This document shows positions 59,151-64,000 of a stretch of DNA of 64,000 nucleotides, piece after piece. The DNA comes from an uncultured virus (IMG/VR IMGVR_UViG_3300025570_000010) (taxonomy: Duplodnaviria > Heunggongvirae > Uroviricota > Caudoviricetes > Schitoviridae), in IMG/VR virus record IMGVR_UViG_3300025570_000010; one strand, 5' to 3'. The position numbers were made by a program, and so were the translations under genes. Numbering within the stretch: the stretch's first letter is position 1; every line of letters starts with the position of its first letter. The notes beneath the pieces were generated by a model, which saw only the letters and a list, made by a program, of their open reading frames with translations, searched no databases and was not told where the DNA came from.

Positions 59151-59346
59151 CGCCTACTACAGCAGCTTTAACAGCCCACATGCTGAAGTCTTCCAGTTTG
59201 GTCAGTGCTACAGAACGACGACGACCGTTGGGAATATTGTCGATGATATATTGCTCCATATCAACGACAGCATTTTTAATACCATCAACAGTTTGGTTGT
59301 TGCTTGGATTAAATTTGGGATCGGTTACACTCATTGGTTCACTCAT
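59143..59346 (-). CDS. Acb2/Tad1-like helical-hairpin protein (candidate cyclic-nucleotide sponge)
   Basis: FNPS...RRRSVALTKLEDFSMWAVKA pattern. Confidence 0.6.
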   Translation of the reverse strand: MSEPMSVTDPKFNPSNNQTVDGIKNAVVDMEQYIIDNIPNGRRRSVALTKLEDFSMWAVKAAVVGDA

Positions 59347-61418
59347 TTGTTGAGTTGGGCAAACAGCTCATGTCCGAGCAGTTTTTGACCCTGATATTCT
59401 ATCTCCTCATTGCTGTGGAAATAGATCTGTTTCCCATCGACGATTGCCTTGTAGGCAGTAGCTCCATCAGGGAGCATCTCAATGTCTGGCATGTGCTCTT
59501 TGAAGTAAGCCAATGCACGAAGACAGTGTCCGTCGAACCCATCAGAATACACCTTGATCTTCTCTGGATCCTTGGTGGTCACTGCTGAAATTTTGTCCTC
59601 CAACGAATCGAAGTCCAAACCCACAAACAGCCATCCGGGAGGTGCCTCAAAACACTCTTTGATGAGCTTGGCAAGTCTTTGTTTGACCTTTGTGGAACCA
59701 GCAGAAGGGATGTTCTGTAGGTTGGGGTTGTTACTGGAAAGCCTACCAGATGCAGTGCCACCCAGCCGGAAGTTTCCGAACAGGTAATGCCATCCATCGT
59801 TACCCTTAACGGCTTTAAGGAATGCCGGAAGAAACGTAGAGAGGATGATTGCACTGGCTTTGAACTCGATCAGGATCTCCAGAAACCGAATCACTTCGGG
59901 ATCTTTGGTGTGGTTGATCAGCTTCTCAAGCGTCTCAGCTCCCGTTGCAGGTTGCTTGGTGTCCGTGTAGTCGAGGACTGGGAGACCCAGGAAATCCTCG
60001 GAATACAGGAAGCGTTGGAGCTGTTTAGAGCTGCCAGGATTGAACTTGACAACGGTGTCTTTTGTAGAACCAAGATCTGCCTTGGTGATCTGCTTGGTTT
60101 TGAGTTTGGCATTCTTCTCTATCACCTTTTCGTCTTTGAGTGTGTCTATATAGGACCAGACGATTTGCAGATTGTTCATCCGTGCTAAGTTTCCATCCGA
60201 CTCTTTGTTGAGCTGCTTGTCCAAGGCTTTAACCTTGGCCATGTTCAGGGGCATCCCTGTGAGCTGCATCTGAATGATGTCGATCACTGCTGGACGGAAA
60301 AGCGTCTGGTATGGTTCATCCTGAAGATCGGCAAGCATGATCGGCAAGTTTTTCTTGTAGACGTACCATGTGGAAAGTCCGTCGATCAGGTTGTACCGGA
60401 GCAAATCCGGAAGAGCGATCAGCCTGATGTCATGGATGTCTTCCTGAGCATAGTTCCCAGCAAACTCCTGAGCCTGTGTCTTGAGACCCAGCTCATTTCC
60501 TGCACAGGAATTGGTGGCCAGATAAGTGATGATCTGTGTGCAGTCCCAATCTTTCAGCATCACTTCCAGACCTTCAAGGAGACCCTTTTGATCTAGGATG
60601 TGATCCATAAACAGTTGATAAACAAGGACATACACGTCGTAACAGATGTTGTGGTAGATCATCTTCCGCTTGAAATTGTAGAAGAAATCTCTGAGCAGTT
60701 GACGAATAACAGGGTTCTCAACACGACCAGATTTCTGACCCTCCTTCCCGATGGACGTAGAGTCCACTGCGAAAGCAATGCCCTCGTGTTCATTCCAACA
60801 GAAGGTGATCGTGCCAATCCCAGCATCGTAATGCTTCAGGTCAAAGCCTTCGATGTCACATGTGAGATCACAATCCATCTCCAGTAGTTTGTTCAACCAC
60901 TTGGCAATACCAGTTGGCCCCACAGGGTAATCAGCGAACTTGATGATGTTCGATCCCACCACAGTGGAGTTACCTCTGGCCCATCGTTTGGTGGACTCCA
61001 GAGCCATCCCGATCTTTGCCTTCATCTTGTCAGGGTCATAGAAGACCCGGCCATAGTTGGGGCAGTAGGTGATCGTGAAGTCTGTATCATACTCTGATAT
61101 GAAGAAGTCCCCAATGGTGGCATCGGTCTTGGCCTTCTTGGACAGGATCTTGAAGTAGTCCGGCTGTGTAACGACAAGCATCTCAATGCCTGCTGCCTTG
61201 AGGTTGGGCAACAGGTCATCGAGATACTCTTTCATGTCGGCAGCCGAGTTCTTCTTCTTGGTTCCATCCATGAAGAGGTCAGCGATCATGACACTCTCAC
61301 CCAGAGCCAGAAGGTGAGGCTGGTAGTAATGCTTCTGCACCTCCGCTGTCTGGATACGTGGAACCAGGATACAGATCCTGGGATCCTTTGCAGAGTTGCC
61401 GATGATCTCATATTTCAT
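59343..61418 (-). CDS. DNA polymerase family A, N-terminal part (3'-5' exonuclease, thumb, motif A)
   Basis: CDIEG, YHNICYD, YNLID; SGRLSSNNPNLQNIP; GLDFDSLE; DGHCLRA. Confidence 0.92.
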   Translation of the reverse strand: MKYEIIGNSAKDPRICILVPRIQTAEVQKHYYQPHLLALGESVMIADLFMDGTKKKNSAADMKEYLDDLLPNLKAAGIEMLVVTQPDYFKILSKKAKTDATIGDFFISEYDTDFTITYCPNYGRVFYDPDKMKAKIGMALESTKRWARGNSTVVGSNIIKFADYPVGPTGIAKWLNKLLEMDCDLTCDIEGFDLKHYDAGIGTITFCWNEHEGIAFAVDSTSIGKEGQKSGRVENPVIRQLLRDFFYNFKRKMIYHNICYDVYVLVYQLFMDHILDQKGLLEGLEVMLKDWDCTQIITYLATNSCAGNELGLKTQAQEFAGNYAQEDIHDIRLIALPDLLRYNLIDGLSTWYVYKKNLPIMLADLQDEPYQTLFRPAVIDIIQMQLTGMPLNMAKVKALDKQLNKESDGNLARMNNLQIVWSYIDTLKDEKVIEKNAKLKTKQITKADLGSTKDTVVKFNPGSSKQLQRFLYSEDFLGLPVLDYTDTKQPATGAETLEKLINHTKDPEVIRFLEILIEFKASAIILSTFLPAFLKAVKGNDGWHYLFGNFRLGGTASGRLSSNNPNLQNIPSAGSTKVKQRLAKLIKECFEAPPGWLFVGLDFDSLEDKISAVTTKDPEKIKVYSDGFDGHCLRALAYFKEHMPDIEMLPDGATAYKAIVDGKQIYFHSNEEIEYQGQKLLGHELFAQLNK

Positions 61419-61582
61419 TTTCAACTTCCTACTTATTTTGTGACCATCTCTTACCAAAGAGATATAACTACAGTTCAGCTTCACATGGTTTTAGCACATG
61501 AGTCGTAGGCGGGAATCGAACCCGCGTTCTACCAAGTCTCGGTCAACGAAAGGGAATCGAACCCCTACTCCGGTTTAGGCAT

Positions 61583-62851
61583 CTATGAAAAATACCTATC
61601 TGGAAGCTCTCCTCTGATGAAGAGGCGAGAACGTGGACGGGACAGTGCGACGTACTGGAGACGTGCTGTCTGTTCCTTGTTAGTGGACTTACCGATGTCG
61701 GCGAGGTCAACGATGACGGAGTCATAGGTAGACCCCTGAGCCTTGTGCGTGGTGGATGCACTGACCGAACGGAGATCAGGATACCCGTTCTTGATCTTGA
61801 AGAAACGTTCCCAACTCTTTGATTGAGAGTAGAAACGTAGGACAGCTTCACGATCATTGTGGTCTGCGAAGGCCGTTACCGAATAGGTAACACCCGAATT
61901 CACATCTTCCACATCCATCATGATCATCCGGATCTCTTCGCCACTGACGAGAGATTTATCCAAGAAATCATCGGTGATCCGAACAACCCGGACAACTTGG
62001 TCCGTGTACAGTCGTTCTTTCCCCAGCAATTCAGCCGACGAGTTGTTCGAAAGAATTTCACCAACCTCATACGGCTCAGTGTAGGACCGGAGCTGTCGAA
62101 TGAAGCTGTTGTACTGTATCACACGAGCATTTGTGTAAGAGAGTACACGCTTGCTGGCGTTCTCGATGAGGAACTCACGTTCCAGAATACCTTTGAGAGT
62201 GGTGCCATCGACAAAGTCAATCACACCGGGGACTTCTTTGATCCGGGTGAACTTGCCAGTCAGAACAGTCTGCTTGGCCTGCTCACAGAGATCCATGAGA
62301 GCTTGTTGATCCTTATTCCGAACTGGGACAGTCAGATTTCCAGTATCCATCTTCTGAGAATAGATCGGAGAGATGTGTTCTTTGACAGGAGCCAACTGGT
62401 TTTTATCCCCTACGAACAACACCTTACAGGTCGAGTCGATACCTTTGTTGATGTATTTGAAGAGATCACTGTTCACCATCGAACACTCATCAACAATGAT
62501 GAGAGTCCCACTGTGGACAACCCACCGTGGGGTAGGCACGATTTTGACTGTGCCTGTGGAGAAATTTTCAGAGACTCGGAGGTTCATGTACGAATAGATC
62601 GTACCAATCTCTCCAGCTCTGTGAGTCATTGCGTCACTGAGGACGGCTGCTGCCTTGTTGGTTGTTGCTGTGATGGCAATGCTGTGCATCGTTTTGGTGG
62701 TCTGATGCTTCAGGATCCCATCAGCGATCTGGGAAATCAGAAAGGTTTTCCCCGTACCTGCACCACCGGATACGTCCATGAATTGATCGGGTCCGTTGAT
62801 GAACTGGATGACTTTCATGAACACGGCTTGTTGGTCTTTATTAAGTGCCAT
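61583..62851 (-). CDS. Dda/RecD-like SF1B DNA helicase
   Basis: GGAGTGKT, VDECSM, GDKNQLAPV, TTHKAQGST, YVALSR. Confidence 0.9.
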   Translation of the reverse strand: MALNKDQQAVFMKVIQFINGPDQFMDVSGGAGTGKTFLISQIADGILKHQTTKTMHSIAITATTNKAAAVLSDAMTHRAGEIGTIYSYMNLRVSENFSTGTVKIVPTPRWVVHSGTLIIVDECSMVNSDLFKYINKGIDSTCKVLFVGDKNQLAPVKEHISPIYSQKMDTGNLTVPVRNKDQQALMDLCEQAKQTVLTGKFTRIKEVPGVIDFVDGTTLKGILEREFLIENASKRVLSYTNARVIQYNSFIRQLRSYTEPYEVGEILSNNSSAELLGKERLYTDQVVRVVRITDDFLDKSLVSGEEIRMIMMDVEDVNSGVTYSVTAFADHNDREAVLRFYSQSKSWERFFKIKNGYPDLRSVSASTTHKAQGSTYDSVIVDLADIGKSTNKEQTARLQYVALSRPRSRLFIRGELPDRYFS

Positions 62852-62875
62852 GTCTTTGATTTCCTTATTGAAGTA

Positions 62876-62903
62876 GACCCCCCGGCTTCTAACCGGGGAG
62901 TCC
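62876..62903 (-). terminator. Hairpin after RNR
   Basis: CCCCGG-CTTCTAA-CCGGGG stem; weak T-tract. Confidence 0.45.
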
Positions 62904-62943
62904 ATCCCTGCCCGCAGGCTTCATTACCAAGCGTGGGAAACGC

Positions 62944-64000
62944 TTATCCGCATTTAGAGTGACCACAGTCAGCACAGACTGGGCAGCCACCGGAGAGGTT
63001 GACGTTGAATCCTTTGCAGCTTGGACACTGCATCGGTTTTCCAACGGGAGTTGGGAAGTTCTCAGCAGCAGTCTCATCATAAACCTCGTCAACGATTTTG
63101 AGGTCTTTCAGATGCTGTTCCAATGTGGAACCAAGAAGGGCGATGAATGATGGAAGGTATTTGCCATCGACCCAGGCTCCGCCATTGGGATCCATAATGG
63201 ATTTGAGATCTTCGATCACGAAGCTGATGTCCCCACCACGACGGAACACCGAACTCATCATCCGAGTCAAGGCCACAGTCCACTGGAAGTGGCTCATGTC
63301 TTGAGTGTTGATGAAGATTTCGAATGGGATGGTGTGTCCATCTTGATCGTAGTGGTTGTTGATCGTGACGTAGAAATTGCTTTCCTGCCACTTCAGCTTG
63401 TAGGTCTGTCCAAAGAGAGACTTGTTCCGGACAATGGCAGTGTTTGTTGCCACTGGTTCAGGAGCCTCAGCCTTTTCAGGGGCTTCTTTCTTTGGTTCAG
63501 ACTCGACGGACAGGACGGATCCAGTCACGTCATTCGGACGGTAGGTGGTGCAACCTTTGCAGCCCATCTGGTATGCCGACAGGTACACTTGCTCGAAGTC
63601 TTCAAACGAAATGTCTTCCGGACAGTTGATGGTCTTGGAGATTGATGAGTCCACCCACTTCTGAACTGCTGCCTGCATGACAAGGTGGTCATGGGGCTTC
63701 AGAGTCTGAGCTGTGACGAGATGTTCGGGATTGGGTTCTTTGTCCCAGCCCTTGTTCTCACGCCATTCGTTGTACAGGCCAACACCGTAGTCGTAGATGA
63801 CTTCTTCACGCTTCGACCCATCCTTCTCCAACACCTTGCGGGTGTAGCTTGGAGCGAAGATAGGTTCGACACCTGAGCTGACGTTGCCAGCGTACAGAGA
63901 GATCGTTCCAGTCGGAGCGATGGAAGTCAGAAGAGCGTTCCGGATCCCGTGATCCAACACACCCTGACGGATGTCGTCAGGCATGTCGATCATGAAACCA
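62944..64000 (-). CDS. nrdJ: Class II (B12-dependent) ribonucleotide reductase, C-terminal part; 5' end outside window
   Basis: SIAPTGTIS, SSGVEP, SISKTIN, KGCTTYR; C-terminal CPSC...GGCPVCADCGHSKCG. Confidence 0.88.
   Translation of the reverse strand, partial: GFMIDMPDDIRQGVLDHGIRNALLTSIAPTGTISLYAGNVSSGVEPIFAPSYTRKVLEKDGSKREEVIYDYGVGLYNEWRENKGWDKEPNPEHLVTAQTLKPHDHLVMQAAVQKWVDSSISKTINCPEDISFEDFEQVYLSAYQMGCKGCTTYRPNDVTGSVLSVESEPKKEAPEKAEAPEPVATNTAIVRNKSLFGQTYKLKWQESNFYVTINNHYDQDGHTIPFEIFINTQDMSHFQWTVALTRMMSSVFRRGGDISFVIEDLKSIMDPNGGAWVDGKYLPSFIALLGSTLEQHLKDLKIVDEVYDETAAENFPTPVGKPMQCPSCKGFNVNLSGGCPVCADCGHSKCG

Noticed and set aside
59143..59346. Intron or intein explanation for the polymerase gap
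   Set aside because: No P7 R/S elements or intein termini; the gap is fully occupied by a coupled ORF
61501..61580. Functional tRNA genes
   Set aside because: No anticodon arm, D arm or CCA; kept only as a tRNA-like element

Overview
Most of the genome of an N4-like podophage (Schitoviridae), probably infecting an alphaproteobacterium such as a Rhodobacteraceae member (inferred from class II RNR, ThyX and a roseobacter-like RTX gene). The window appears to cross the genome-end junction (~14.5-15.2 kb). Early and middle genes run leftward on the minus strand from three C-GCA-G hairpin vRNAP promoters: gp1/gp2-like genes, RNAP II subunits, AAA/VWA module, dCTP deaminase and a dNMP kinase-ThyX fusion. 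Late genes run rightward on the plus strand: large tail spike, terminase, lysis cassette, portal, capsid, ejection proteins and a 3661-aa virion RNA polymerase. The replication module (RNR, helicase, DNA polymerase, primase, SSB) is on the minus strand at the right end. Main observations: (1) the RNAP II catalytic subunit is split by two endonuclease-carrying group I introns, inside motifs B and C, with base-resolved splice sites that rebuild a 393-aa protein; (2) the DNA polymerase is split into two translationally coupled ORFs with an Acb2/Tad1-like small gene between them; (3) a 21-repeat RTX Ca2+-binding gene sits among five tRNAs; (4) several candidate structured RNAs. All calls are from reading the sequence by eye; no searches were run.
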